Origin: a virus
Length of the DNA stretch: 64,000 bases
Strand: one strand, 5' to 3'
Virus record (IMG/VR): IMGVR_UViG_3300022602_000037
Within the stretch, counting starts at the first letter, position 1; each line of letters begins with the position of its first letter. Of this stretch, positions 1 to 10,242 are shown in pieces. The translations under genes and the position numbers were made by a program. The notes beneath the pieces were generated by a model, which searched no databases, had not been told where the DNA came from, and worked only from the letters and a program-made list of their open reading frames with translations.

Positions 1-2
1 CA

Positions 3-3000
3 TCACCAGCAGGTGCCATTGACATTTATGTAGATGGAGCACCTGGCAGCAACTATGTACCAGGCGCTGTTAGAATTAAAACTACAAACAGTAAAGGTGT
101 ATTAACTTCCGCTTTAGTAATCGATAGTACACAAACTGCAACATACAGCGGCAACGTTGTGGTAAATGGCACATTAGTAGTTAATGGTCCTACTGTTACT
201 ACAAATGCCAGCACTATAAATGTAGAAGATAAACTAATGAAGTTGGGCTATCTAACTGGTTCAACTGTAAGTCCTACTGGCTATATTTCTTCTGTTACTA
301 GCGGTACAGCTGGAATGACATTTATATCTAGCGGAACTAGTGTTAGTGCGGCATCTACTTACACCAATGTAAGTCCTATAGCTACAAGTGGAACTGGTAT
401 TGGAGCAGTATTTACAGTTGCTAAAACAGGCAGTGCCACATATTACAATGTTTCAAATGTCACAATAGCTTCAGGTATTGTTGGCAACATTAAAGGTGCT
501 TTACTATCTCCTACATTAACTGCATCGGCAAATGCCGCTTCAGTAGGTGGAACTCAGACAATAGCCTATGCCTCAGGCGAGACTCTAACAGTGTCTAGCG
601 GTAGTCCATCTGGTACTTCAACATTTAGCCCAGTATTAACAACTTATGGTTCTTTCAATGCAAGTGCAATTTCATCCAGTGGTCTTATAACCCTAAATAG
701 TGGAACAATTACAGCTATTAAAGGCACTAGCATTACATTTGCCGCAGGGTTGACTGGAGTAACTGGAATAACCCCTGGCGGAACTTATTATGTATTGAAT
801 AGTGTAACATCAAGTACAAGTGTACAGATTACCAATTCCTATGCCAATGCTGTTTCAGGTACAAGCATGAGCGGTATAACTGGTACACCTGGAGGCGTGA
901 CTAGTCTCACTGTTGGTACAACCTACGCATCGGTTGCCAGTGTAACACTAGTTACTGGAGGAACATATACTGGCACTTATAGTACATCTGCACAAGTTCC
1001 TTCAACAAGTGTATCTAGTGGATCTGGATTGTTATTAACGCTAACTTATACTACAACACCAAGTGGTGGTACAACTTATAGCGTATCTGCAGGTGTAAGT
1101 ATTGCTAGCGCAGGTACATATACAGGTGTGACTCAAAGCACAACAACTGGAACAGGTACAGGTGCGGCATTTACTGTGGTTAAAACTGGAACAAGTACTA
1201 GTTATTATAGTAATGTTACTATAACTGTAACAAGTTTTGGTACTGGTTATGCCATAGGAGATACTATTGTATTGCCTGGTAGTTTGCTAGGCGGTGTAAA
1301 CATAGCTAACGATTTATCAATCATAGTACAAAGTGCGCTAGGGAGCCCATGGACTGGAACCTTAAGCTCAATGCCAAACACTACAGGTTTAATTGCTGGA
1401 GCAACAGTTACAGCAACCAATGGAGGATCTGGCGGAACACTAGGAAGTGGTACTACAGTTATCAATACTGTTGCAAGTTCTACCAGCATAACATTTACCA
1501 GCACAGGAGGAACAACTCCAGTCAATGGTAATATTATTAATCTAACACAAAGCGGAATTATCAATACTACTATAACAGTTACCACATCGGGATCAGGTTA
1601 TAGTTTAGGAGATACTGTTACATTGCCAGGAGCAAGTTTAGGCGGAACAACTCCTGCTAACAACTTAGTTCTAACTTTATTCAATAATTCTACAAGTCCA
1701 TGGACAGCTACCGTGATAGCTATGAGCGATACAGTAGATTTAATTCCTGGAAGTGTTATCACAGCGACCACTCCAGCAACAAGCACAGGAGTTATAACTG
1801 CAACAGCAACTACTCACTCTACTGCTAATAATACTAGTGCTACATTCCAAGGAACAACATTGACTCTTAGTGGAACAACTACTGGAACTTTTGTGCCTGG
1901 TATGTATTTAACTGGTGGTGTTGGTGTTCTAGCTGGCACATATATCGTGAGCGGTGGTGGAAATACTTGGATAGTCAGTCAATCAGGTAATACTTTAAGT
2001 AGTGGTACTGTATATGGTACCTTAAATGCTATAACAGTTTCTAGCACTAGCAACTTGATCGTAGGAACGGTTATCAATCCTCAAACATCGATTGGTGGAT
2101 TAAATGGTGGTGGATTCTACTATGTAGATAATATTATAAGTGGCACACAGTTTTCAGTAACCTACACACAGTTTGGAACAGGTGATCAAGCACTAACAAC
2201 CACAACCAACCAAACTGTACTATTAAACTTCCTAAATGGTAACCTAGGAGCAGGAGGCACTTACACAGTTGCAAGTATTCTAAGTGCAACCAGTATGACT
2301 GTTTACTCTACTGGTGGTACCGTTCCATTGATTGGTCCTATAACAAACATTGCCACAAACGGTTCTACAGATGCAACTGCTAATGGTGGCGGTATACAAG
2401 TATATGGTGGTACAAATAAAACTTTTACTTGGTCTAATATAACAGCGGCATGGACATCTAGTGAAAATATCAGTTTGGCTAACACAAAAGCATACGAAAT
2501 AAATGGTGTTAGTGTACTTAATTCAACTTCGCTAGGAGCCACAGTAGTAAATTCTAGTTTGACCAGTGTTGGCACATTGACTAGTTTAAGTGTAACTGGT
2601 ACTATAACTAACGGTGGTACGCTATCAACCGCCGCAACTACTGCTACTTTGTACAATACAGCGGCATTAACAGTAAATGCATTTGGTGCGGCAACTACTG
2701 TTAATCTAGCATCGGGTTCGGCTTCGGCTACTACATTGTATTTGGGTGCAAATACAAACAATAACCTTTTAAGTATTTTAGGAAATGGTACAAGTGGTAC
2801 AGCAACCATAACATCAAATGTAACTACCGGCACTGCTAACTTGTTTGCAGGTGTAACTGGTTCTATAAACTTTGGAGGAATTACCTGGGCAGGTGCTAAT
2901 AATAGTGCATTAATAGTTAATAATGGCGGACTACAATTTAGTAGTGCAAGTGCAGTAGCGGCTGCTGGTACAAATCAAGGTACTGCTACACAATTATATG

Positions 3001-3656
3001 CTGACAACAACTTTATAACCAGTGGTACTGGTGGTGTTATATTGCCTGCGGCTACTACAGGTCGTGAAGTTTCAGTTACTAACAATACTGGCGCATCAAT
3101 TAATGTATATCCACAAGGCACACATACTATTGAAAGTGGATCAGCTGGTGTACCTACCGTGTTGCCTAACTTGGCTACAATTAGTTTAATGGCTAAATCA
3201 GGTAACAACTGGTGGACTATTCAACCAGTTTATAATGGTGGAACTGGTGTTTCTATTACTCAAAGTGCTAACGGTACTGTTACTTGGAATATTGGACAAG
3301 CAGTTAGTACAACCAGTAACGTAACATTTGCCAATGTACAGACAACCGGATTGACACTACGTAACGTGAACTTTATTGCAGTTGCTAGTACAGCAACTTA
3401 TGCCTTAAGTACTACAACAAGCTACAACGTACTAGTAGTAAGTAATACAGGTTTAACTGTAACTGTAACAATGCCTCCGAGCCCAGTTGATCAACAGCTA
3501 TGTAGTTTTACTATTGCATCTAATACTGTATCAACACTTAACATGACTGCTGGACCAACAGTTATACCTCCATTTACAGGCACTAGCAACGTAACATCAG
3601 GAACAGTATATCAATATGTATATCGTGCAAGCACAACCACTTGGTATAGAAATTAA
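3..3656 (+). CDS. Long Ser/Thr/Gly-rich tail fibre-like virion protein (5'-partial)
   Basis: Frame is open from position 3, so the start lies upstream of the window. Beta-rich T/S/G composition. Tail-fibre-type motifs INVEDKLMKLG and TDATANGGGIQV...KTFTW. Internal duplicated modules. Confidence 0.75.
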   Translation, partial: SPAGAIDIYVDGAPGSNYVPGAVRIKTTNSKGVLTSALVIDSTQTATYSGNVVVNGTLVVNGPTVTTNASTINVEDKLMKLGYLTGSTVSPTGYISSVTSGTAGMTFISSGTSVSAASTYTNVSPIATSGTGIGAVFTVAKTGSATYYNVSNVTIASGIVGNIKGALLSPTLTASANAASVGGTQTIAYASGETLTVSSGSPSGTSTFSPVLTTYGSFNASAISSSGLITLNSGTITAIKGTSITFAAGLTGVTGITPGGTYYVLNSVTSSTSVQITNSYANAVSGTSMSGITGTPGGVTSLTVGTTYASVASVTLVTGGTYTGTYSTSAQVPSTSVSSGSGLLLTLTYTTTPSGGTTYSVSAGVSIASAGTYTGVTQSTTTGTGTGAAFTVVKTGTSTSYYSNVTITVTSFGTGYAIGDTIVLPGSLLGGVNIANDLSIIVQSALGSPWTGTLSSMPNTTGLIAGATVTATNGGSGGTLGSGTTVINTVASSTSITFTSTGGTTPVNGNIINLTQSGIINTTITVTTSGSGYSLGDTVTLPGASLGGTTPANNLVLTLFNNSTSPWTATVIAMSDTVDLIPGSVITATTPATSTGVITATATTHSTANNTSATFQGTTLTLSGTTTGTFVPGMYLTGGVGVLAGTYIVSGGGNTWIVSQSGNTLSSGTVYGTLNAITVSSTSNLIVGTVINPQTSIGGLNGGGFYYVDNIISGTQFSVTYTQFGTGDQALTTTTNQTVLLNFLNGNLGAGGTYTVASILSATSMTVYSTGGTVPLIGPITNIATNGSTDATANGGGIQVYGGTNKTFTWSNITAAWTSSENISLANTKAYEINGVSVLNSTSLGATVVNSSLTSVGTLTSLSVTGTITNGGTLSTAATTATLYNTAALTVNAFGAATTVNLASGSASATTLYLGANTNNNLLSILGNGTSGTATITSNVTTGTANLFAGVTGSINFGGITWAGANNSALIVNNGGLQFSSASAVAAAGTNQGTATQLYADNNFITSGTGGVILPAATTGREVSVTNNTGASINVYPQGTHTIESGSAGVPTVLPNLATISLMAKSGNNWWTIQPVYNGGTGVSITQSANGTVTWNIGQAVSTTSNVTFANVQTTGLTLRNVNFIAVASTATYALSTTTSYNVLVVSNTGLTVTVTMPPSPVDQQLCSFTIASNTVSTLNMTAGPTVIPPFTGTSNVTSGTVYQYVYRASTTTWYRN

Positions 3657-3675
3657 TCCTAATGGAGAATAGTCG

Positions 3676-6468
3676 ATGGCACTAAATGTCTGGACACAAA
3701 ACAGCGGATATAGTTTTGGTAGCTTTCCAGAAAGCATTGCTATCAATCAACAACTGCCTGTACAAAATGATACAAACGTTACTTACTCAGTAATCAGTGG
3801 TAGCTTGCCGGGTGGGTTGATCATCGAAGGCAATCATATTGTAGGCAATCCCTATATTGTTGCTAATAATACAACTTATAGCTTTTGTATCCGTGCTAGC
3901 CTAAACGGTCAAATAAGTGATAGAGCGTTTTTTATTACAATTACAGGCAATAATCAACCAACTTTTGTAGATTTGCCTGGATCTTTACCAGTAGGTCCTG
4001 CCAAACAATTTTATGTATTAGACAGCACCCATATTAACTATCAGATAGAAGCATTTGATCTAAATGTGGAGGCCGGACAAACTCTTACATATTTTATCGC
4101 ATCAGACGACGGTGCATTGCCAAAAGGTGTTACACTTAGCCCTAGCGGATTATTAAGCGGTTTTATTGAACCCACTATTAAACTTACACCTGCAGATGGT
4201 GACGGCACATATGATGCTACATTTTATGATAAAGTAGTTTACGATTTTGCCAAATTACCTACAGACGGTTTTGATAGTTATCAATATGATGACGTATTCT
4301 ATGACTTTAATTTAGCAACTGCACCTCCTACCAGCTTAAATGTTAACTATCAATTTAGAGTTACATTAACAGACGGTGTTAATTATGCACAGCAAATTTT
4401 CAAAATATTTGTTGTTGGTACAGATCAATTCCGTGCAGACAATACAGCATTTAATGGAGTAGCTGACGGTTTTAGTAGTGATGCTACCTATTTGCGAGCT
4501 CCTGTATGGATTACTAATTCAAATTTAGGGACTTACAGAGCAAATAATTATCTTACAGTTCCAATTGCTTTATACGATAATTTAGATGTAATTTTTAGAT
4601 TAGAAACAACTAACGAAGAAGTATATGCTGTTACATATCAAGTTTCCAATTCAGACAATAATCCAGGTTTTACTTTCTTTGGTACACTAACACAAGGTAG
4701 TGCTATTGTTACAAATGTTACAAATGTCACAAGTCTAATTGTAGGTCAACTAGTATCTGGTCGTAATATTGCCAGCGGAACTGTTATTAGTAGTATTAAC
4801 AGTATTAATTCTATTACATTATCTATACCTGCTGTGGGAAATAGTGTATCAGAAACACTAACTGCCGGCGGTAATCAACTTACTGTAACAAATGTTAATG
4901 GAACTATTCAAGTTGGGCATTTTTTAACTTTTGATAATTATTATCCTACTGCAACAGGAACTGTGTACGAAGTTGCAAGTGTAACACCTTTAGTTAATGG
5001 CAACTATAGAATAGGTCTTTATAATTTATTAGATAGCATTATTCCAAATGGAGTTCCATTTTATATTGGTACTCTTAGCAAATTGCCTACAGGAATAAAT
5101 TTTGACATAGCAACTGGGGATATTTACGGTTTATTACCTTATCAGCCAGCAATCACCAGCACTTATGAATTTACAATTACTGCCACCCGACTAGGTGATA
5201 ATATAAATGAAACCTTAAATGCTAGTAAAAAATTTACTATCAGTATTTTAGGAAATGTTGATAGTGTTATTAGTTGGAATACTCCAAGTAATTTAGGTTC
5301 TATACCAGCTAACTATATCAGCACGTTAGCTGTTAATGCTACGACAACTGTGCCAAATGCTGTAGTAATATACCAACTAGTAGGAGGAAAATTGCCTCCC
5401 GGATTAACACTACAATTGGATGGAGAAATTACTGGAACCACTAATCAGTATTACAATACATTTACAGGTGCATTAGGGTTAACTGTGTTTGATCATGGAA
5501 ATTTAACATTTGATAAAAATACCACTACTACTGACCGAGTATTTGTTGCCGAGATTGAAGCTAGAGATCAATTTAATTATAGTGCTATTACTCAAAATTT
5601 TACAATAACAGTAACTACACCTAATTCTGTATCATACAGTAATATTGTTACTAGACCTTATTTGAAATCTAATCAAAGAACTATATGGAAATCTTTTATA
5701 AACGATAGTAGTATCTTTACTCCTAGCAGTATCTACAGAACGAATGATAAAAACTTTGGAGTACAAACAGATTTAACTATGCTTGTTTATGCTGGAATAC
5801 AAACACAGGTCGCGGCAGCTTATGTTGGAGCAATGGGGTTAAATTTCAAACGCAAACGTTTTCAATTTGGTAGTGTACAAAAAGCGGTAGCTATAGATCC
5901 TAATACTTATGCTAGCGTATACGAAGTAGTTTATGTACAGATGATAGATCCGAGAGAATTCAACGGACAGCATTTGCCTCTTAAAATATTAGATAAATTA
6001 GGTACAGAGTCAGATACTATTACTGCTGATAACAGCACAGGATTTTTCCAACAAACCTTATCAGCTCTTAGTGCTAATGCACCATTTGGTGGTCCAGATA
6101 TCCCTAATGTAACAGTCGACAGTACCGGGTATGAAGTTAGTAATCCCAATCCTGATACTTTTTTCCCAAACAGTATCAGTAATTGGCAAGCTAGGCTGTC
6201 AGGTGTTGGACTGAGCGAAAGGAACTATCTACCATTATGGATGCGTAGCGTACCTGCCGGACAAAAGCAACAGTTAGGCTATACTCTTAGTGTTCCGTTG
6301 TGTTTTTGTAAACCAGGAACAGCAGACACCATTATTACCAATATAGAATTTAGTGGATTTGATTTTAAGGTAATTGATTACGAAATAGACAGATTCATAA
6401 TAGATATGATCACCGGATATCAAGGCGATAAATACCTTGTATTCAGAAACGATAGGATAACTGTATGA
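3676..6468 (+). CDS. Baseplate wedge-like virion protein with putative Ig-like (He_PIG-type) repeats
   Basis: Repeated motifs YSVISGSLPGGL, GALPKGVTLSPSGLLSG, KLPTGINFDIATGDIYG, GGKLPPGLTLQLDGEITG. C-terminal LPLWMRS...YEIDRFIID. Structural gene context. SD GGAG upstream. Confidence 0.6.
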   Translation: MALNVWTQNSGYSFGSFPESIAINQQLPVQNDTNVTYSVISGSLPGGLIIEGNHIVGNPYIVANNTTYSFCIRASLNGQISDRAFFITITGNNQPTFVDLPGSLPVGPAKQFYVLDSTHINYQIEAFDLNVEAGQTLTYFIASDDGALPKGVTLSPSGLLSGFIEPTIKLTPADGDGTYDATFYDKVVYDFAKLPTDGFDSYQYDDVFYDFNLATAPPTSLNVNYQFRVTLTDGVNYAQQIFKIFVVGTDQFRADNTAFNGVADGFSSDATYLRAPVWITNSNLGTYRANNYLTVPIALYDNLDVIFRLETTNEEVYAVTYQVSNSDNNPGFTFFGTLTQGSAIVTNVTNVTSLIVGQLVSGRNIASGTVISSINSINSITLSIPAVGNSVSETLTAGGNQLTVTNVNGTIQVGHFLTFDNYYPTATGTVYEVASVTPLVNGNYRIGLYNLLDSIIPNGVPFYIGTLSKLPTGINFDIATGDIYGLLPYQPAITSTYEFTITATRLGDNINETLNASKKFTISILGNVDSVISWNTPSNLGSIPANYISTLAVNATTTVPNAVVIYQLVGGKLPPGLTLQLDGEITGTTNQYYNTFTGALGLTVFDHGNLTFDKNTTTTDRVFVAEIEARDQFNYSAITQNFTITVTTPNSVSYSNIVTRPYLKSNQRTIWKSFINDSSIFTPSSIYRTNDKNFGVQTDLTMLVYAGIQTQVAAAYVGAMGLNFKRKRFQFGSVQKAVAIDPNTYASVYEVVYVQMIDPREFNGQHLPLKILDKLGTESDTITADNSTGFFQQTLSALSANAPFGGPDIPNVTVDSTGYEVSNPNPDTFFPNSISNWQARLSGVGLSERNYLPLWMRSVPAGQKQQLGYTLSVPLCFCKPGTADTIITNIEFSGFDFKVIDYEIDRFIIDMITGYQGDKYLVFRNDRITV

Positions 6469-7061
6469 GTAATATAAACTATGCCGCAATTAGCACCACT
6501 TACCCTGTAGCAGGGCAAGATAACGATAGCCAAGGATTCCGTGACAATTTCACAGCAATTTCGGCGGGACTTGCCACAGCTGAAACAGAAATAACAGCAT
6601 TGCAAACTAATTCATTATTAGCTGTCGACCTAGCTACTAGTTCTACTCCTGTAGTAAACAACATGTTAGGTAGCACTCTTACAAATGGTTTATATTTGCA
6701 ATTCAATGGTGTATTTTTCAATGGAGGAACTGTTAGTACAAGTGCTCCAGTTAATATCAATAATGGCCCTATTCAACAATTTACTGCTAGCGGAAATATT
6801 ACATTAACATTTACTAACTGGCCGGTAAATGGTCAATATAGCGTGGTACGTCTTATGTTAATTGGCGATCAACAAAGTACACGAACAGTTACATTATCGA
6901 CTAGCAATGCTGGATTGATAAAACTAGCCACCGGCTGGGCAAATGGAACAAGTTTACCTGCTACAGTTACACTTGGCACTACTGGAAAATACGAAGTTAT
7001 CGAAGCATGGACAGTTGATGCCGGAGCTCATGTATTTGTTAAAGCAACAGGTGAATACTAA
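6465..7061 (+). CDS. Virion structural/tail-associated protein
   Basis: 198 aa, overlaps upstream stop. N-terminal YPVAGQDNDSQGFRDNF followed by a coiled coil and a beta-rich C-terminus. Confidence 0.55.
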   Translation: MSNINYAAISTTYPVAGQDNDSQGFRDNFTAISAGLATAETEITALQTNSLLAVDLATSSTPVVNNMLGSTLTNGLYLQFNGVFFNGGTVSTSAPVNINNGPIQQFTASGNITLTFTNWPVNGQYSVVRLMLIGDQQSTRTVTLSTSNAGLIKLATGWANGTSLPATVTLGTTGKYEVIEAWTVDAGAHVFVKATGEY

Positions 7062-7291
7062 TGCATCCATTATCAGGTGAATTGTACACACTTAAAGATT
7101 CTGAGATAGAAGAAAAAATTCAAAGTCTCACTAAAAAATATTTCATGACACCTAATATTGATTTGAAAACTCAAATTTCTGCGTTATTAGATGATTATAA
7201 TCAAGAATTGAACAAACGTAGGCAGGAATCATTGAAAAAATTGATGGATAGTCGAGATAAAAGGCTTGACAATCTAGTTAAAGTCAACTAA
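7061..7291 (+). CDS. Hypothetical helical protein
   Basis: 76-aa ORF translationally coupled by TAATG. Confidence 0.6.
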   Translation: MHPLSGELYTLKDSEIEEKIQSLTKKYFMTPNIDLKTQISALLDDYNQELNKRRQESLKKLMDSRDKRLDNLVKVN

Positions 7292-7294
7292 ACT
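7266..7294 (+). promoter_or_regulatory. Sigma70-type promoter (TTGACA-17-TAAACT); transcript possibly leaderless
   Basis: TTGACA 7266-7271, TAAACT 7289-7294. ATG at 7302 sits about where +1 is expected. TTGAC...GTCAA inverted repeat overlaps the -35. Confidence 0.55.
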
Positions 7295-7301
7295 ATAGGC
7301 T

Positions 7302-7811
7302 ATGCGCCTAGATAAATTCGGTAATCCCATTTTTAATACACAAGATATATTCAAATTCCTTTATCAAGGAAAACTTACCAACCTCAAAGATCTTACAGTA
7401 GATTATACCGAAGATATTGAACAGTTGGAGCAAACTGCTGGATTTACATTCCAAAGATTCAACGAACAGTTGGATCAATTAAGCATCGAAGACTTTGATT
7501 CAGCATTACAATCTGATTGGTTCATGCCAGAAGAGTATAAAGAATTTGATGTAGCAAAATGGTGTTTAAGTCGATGTACCACTAGCGAACAAGAAAAACG
7601 TGTAATTGCAGAACTACAAGCATATGAAGAACGTGGAATGATTCCACTATTGCAATGGACTAAACATTTTGTAGATACATGCCACGAAAACGGTATTGTT
7701 TGGGGAGTAGGACGTGGATCGAGTGTGGCTAGTTTTGTATTATATTTGTTAGGAGTTCATCAAATAGATTCAGTCAAATATAATTTAGACTGGCAGGAAT
7801 TCCTGAGATAA
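7302..7811 (+). CDS. DNA polymerase III alpha (DnaE)-like fragment / split subunit
   Basis: GIVWGVGRGSSVASFVLYLLGVHQIDSVKYNLDWQEFLR matches the DnaE GxGRGSxxxSLVxYxLGITxxDPxxxxLxFERFL motif. Only 169 aa; ends before the catalytic PDxDxD motif. Confidence 0.75.
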   Translation: MRLDKFGNPIFNTQDIFKFLYQGKLTNLKDLTVDYTEDIEQLEQTAGFTFQRFNEQLDQLSIEDFDSALQSDWFMPEEYKEFDVAKWCLSRCTTSEQEKRVIAELQAYEERGMIPLLQWTKHFVDTCHENGIVWGVGRGSSVASFVLYLLGVHQIDSVKYNLDWQEFLR

Positions 7812-7838
7812 GTAATAATATAATTAAGGAGAGTTAAT

Positions 7839-8090
7839 ATGGCTCAAAAAGAAATACAACGTGCGGTTTATCGAAGTGCTAAAGGCAAAGAAATCGATTT
7901 GAATAAATTGGTTGCTAAAAACGAACTCACTATTGCTGTAGGCAATATGAAAGTTAATGCCCGAGGTGATAAACTAGGCCCAGGCGGACAAATTATTGCT
8001 AAAAAAGAACAGATACAGGCTAGTCCACAACCTGTTCCTAACCAATCAGCTAAAAATATAGATGGAATGGATCCGGAAGGAAACGAATGA
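7839..8090 (+). CDS. Hypothetical protein
   Basis: 83 aa, strong SD AAGGAG upstream. Confidence 0.65.
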   Translation: MAQKEIQRAVYRSAKGKEIDLNKLVAKNELTIAVGNMKVNARGDKLGPGGQIIAKKEQIQASPQPVPNQSAKNIDGMDPEGNE

Positions 8091-8464
8091 GTAAAGTAGC
8101 ATTAAGTAAACTAAGACCAATCCGCGACAATATTGTTATCGTAGATATGGAATTTGGCGAAACTGTTACCAAAGGCGGCCTTGTCCTACCAAGTGATGAT
8201 GGCAAGGCAGAAGGTGTAAAAAGTCGTTGGGGTCGGGTATATGCTGTGGGGCCAGAACAACAGGATGTAAAACCTGGAGAATGGGTATTATTTGAACATG
8301 GTCGTTGGAGTCGAGGGTTTACTGTCCTAGACGACAATGGTAATGACATTGTCATTCGTCGAGGAGATCCTAAAGGTATTTTAGCTGTAGCAGATGAAAA
8401 GCCAAACGAAACTATCTACGGTGCTCATACAACTGTAACACACCCAACATTCAATTTTGGTTAA
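8087..8464 (+). CDS. groES: GroES-like co-chaperonin
   Basis: LRPIRDNIVI...ETVTKGGLVLP...GRVYAVGP...VKPGEWVLF is the Cpn10 signature. Confidence 0.85.
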   Translation: MSKVALSKLRPIRDNIVIVDMEFGETVTKGGLVLPSDDGKAEGVKSRWGRVYAVGPEQQDVKPGEWVLFEHGRWSRGFTVLDDNGNDIVIRRGDPKGILAVADEKPNETIYGAHTTVTHPTFNFG

Positions 8465-8479
8465 TATTTTCTTGTTATG

Positions 8480-8510
8480 AAAAACAGGCCTCTTGACTAG
8501 GCCTGTTTTT
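8480..8510 (+). terminator. Intrinsic terminator hairpin overlapping a promoter
   Basis: AAAAACAGGCCT-cttgact-AGGCCTGTTTTT is a perfect inverted repeat downstream of groES. Confidence 0.7.
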
Positions 8511-8521
8511 ACCTGTACAAT
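8493..8521 (+). promoter_or_regulatory. Sigma70-type promoter (TTGACT-17-TACAAT)
   Basis: -35 TTGACT at 8493-8498 lies in the hairpin loop. -10 TACAAT at 8516-8521. SD AGGAG before 8540. Confidence 0.6.
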
Positions 8522-8539
8522 TTACAAAAGGAGATAATC

Positions 8540-8728
8540 ATGTACGATTGCAAATTAGTTAAAGAAGAAACAAATGAAATAGTTTTTTTTAGATTGTTAG
8601 AAAATTCTGCCATACTAGTAGAACATTTTGTAAGTAATGCAGTAGCAGAAACAACTGCTACAGATGACCACGAATGGGCTGATAATCGAAAACAAGAATT
8701 GCTAGCTAATGGATTTAAGGAAATATAA
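8540..8728 (+). CDS. Hypothetical protein
   Basis: 62 aa, SD AGGAG, coupled to next gene. Confidence 0.55.
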   Translation: MYDCKLVKEETNEIVFFRLLENSAILVEHFVSNAVAETTATDDHEWADNRKQELLANGFKEI

Positions 8729-9642
8729 TGAAAGAATTATGGGTAGAAAAATACAGACCAGCTGAGTTAGATGGGTATGTATTCAAAGACGACCAACAGA
8801 AAAGTCAAATTGAAAATTGGATTAAGGACGGTATAATTCCTCATCTATTATTCAGTGGCAATGCCGGCGTAGGTAAGACTACCTTAGCAAAGATCCTAAT
8901 TAATAAATTAGGTGTACAAGACACAGATGTAATGTATGCAAACGGATCTAAGGAAGCTCGCAGAGTTGAATGGGTTGACAAGTTGATTGGTTTTTGTCAA
9001 ACTATGCCTTTTGGCGATTTTAAGGTAGTGTTGATTGATGAAGCAGATTATATGAATGTGAATTCGGTTCAACCTGCGCTTCGTAACCTAATGGAAGAAT
9101 ATAGCAATAGTGTTAGATTTATTTTAACTTGTAACTATCCCAACAAACTAATTCCAGCTATTCATAGTCGTTGCCAACGTCTGCACATCGAAAAAACTGA
9201 TTTTACAGAATTTACTGCTCGTGCGGCTACAGTTTTAGTCAGCGAGAATATTGAATTTGAACTAGAAACATTGGATACTTATGTCAAAGACACTTATCCA
9301 GACTTGCGTAAATGTCTTAATAACTTACAAATGAATAGCATCGACGGCAAATTAACTAATCCTGAAACTACAGATTCTAGCTCGGATTATCGTATAGATA
9401 TGATAGAGTTATTCAAGAAAGGCGAAATCAGCAAGGCACGTAAGCTGGTATGCAGTCAGGCACTTCCAGAAGAAATGGAGGAAATCTATCGTTGGTTATA
9501 TGACAATATTGAAATATTTGGCAACGAAGAAAAACAAGATAAGGCTATACTAATTATCAAAGCTGGTCTAGTTGATCATACACTAGTAAGCGATCCAGAA
9601 ATTAATCTAGCCGCAACATTAATTAGATTATCGCATCTCTAA
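8728..9642 (+). CDS. Clamp loader AAA+ subunit (T4 gp44 / RFC small subunit-like)
   Basis: LWVEKYRP, Walker A GNAGVGKT, Walker B LIDEAD, FILTCN, and SRC motif (IHSRCQ). Confidence 0.92.
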   Translation: MKELWVEKYRPAELDGYVFKDDQQKSQIENWIKDGIIPHLLFSGNAGVGKTTLAKILINKLGVQDTDVMYANGSKEARRVEWVDKLIGFCQTMPFGDFKVVLIDEADYMNVNSVQPALRNLMEEYSNSVRFILTCNYPNKLIPAIHSRCQRLHIEKTDFTEFTARAATVLVSENIEFELETLDTYVKDTYPDLRKCLNNLQMNSIDGKLTNPETTDSSSDYRIDMIELFKKGEISKARKLVCSQALPEEMEEIYRWLYDNIEIFGNEEKQDKAILIIKAGLVDHTLVSDPEINLAATLIRLSHL

Positions 9643-10242
9643 ATGATACTGCCTCCTTTTGAATTTCCATTGGTAATTGTTTCTTCGCCACGTTGTGGAA
9701 GCGGAGCCTTAGGATTCCACATACAAAAATTATATGATCGGAATTTTTTTAATGAGCCAGATGCAAATCCAGATAAATTAAAGAAATTTTTAGATTTTAC
9801 AAAAACTAGCAACGAATATATTGTAAAATTTTTAGGTAATTCAATAAAAAATTATCCTGGGGGTTTTCAAGAAAAGTTGTTCAGTGGAAAATTCAATACT
9901 ATTAAGTTGAGGAGAGAAAATGTTGTCGAACAAATAGCTAGTTATTATGTTGCATGGATTCGAGATAAATGGGCTTATAGAGCAGATGAACTAGACAATT
10001 ATGACCCTACTGCTCCTATTCAAATAGATAAACAAATTATAGACCTTGCAATCAATCATATACGATTTGAAAATAATATTGTAAAAAATTTTAAGGCAGA
10101 TATCTCTCTAACTTACGAACAAATAACAGAAAATATAGATGCAGGTATTATTGTAAAAACACCAATACCTGCAAACTACGATGAAGTAATAGACTTAGTT
10201 CTTAAAAGGTACGATTTATGGAAAAGCCGATACGCATCTTAA
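9643..10242 (+). CDS. Sulfotransferase-like protein (Stf0/NodH-like)
   Basis: PAPS-binding-loop-like SSPRCGSG, FFNEP, LRRENVVEQIASYYVA and LTYEQI motifs. Adjacent to an APS kinase. Confidence 0.6.
   Translation: MILPPFEFPLVIVSSPRCGSGALGFHIQKLYDRNFFNEPDANPDKLKKFLDFTKTSNEYIVKFLGNSIKNYPGGFQEKLFSGKFNTIKLRRENVVEQIASYYVAWIRDKWAYRADELDNYDPTAPIQIDKQIIDLAINHIRFENNIVKNFKADISLTYEQITENIDAGIIVKTPIPANYDEVIDLVLKRYDLWKSRYAS

Noticed and set aside
1247-3208. Several antisense ORFs (V/P/L-rich) in tail genes, and similar ones at 15094-15417, 28174-29838 and 60575-63891
   Set aside because: Shadow frames of low-complexity Thr/Gly/Ala codons on the coding strand, with no RBS or recognisable motifs.
7302-7811. 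DnaE pseudogene produced by frameshift
   Set aside because: No DnaE continuation in any frame downstream; the next gene has its own SD, and the ORF has its own promoter and a non-DnaE N-terminus.
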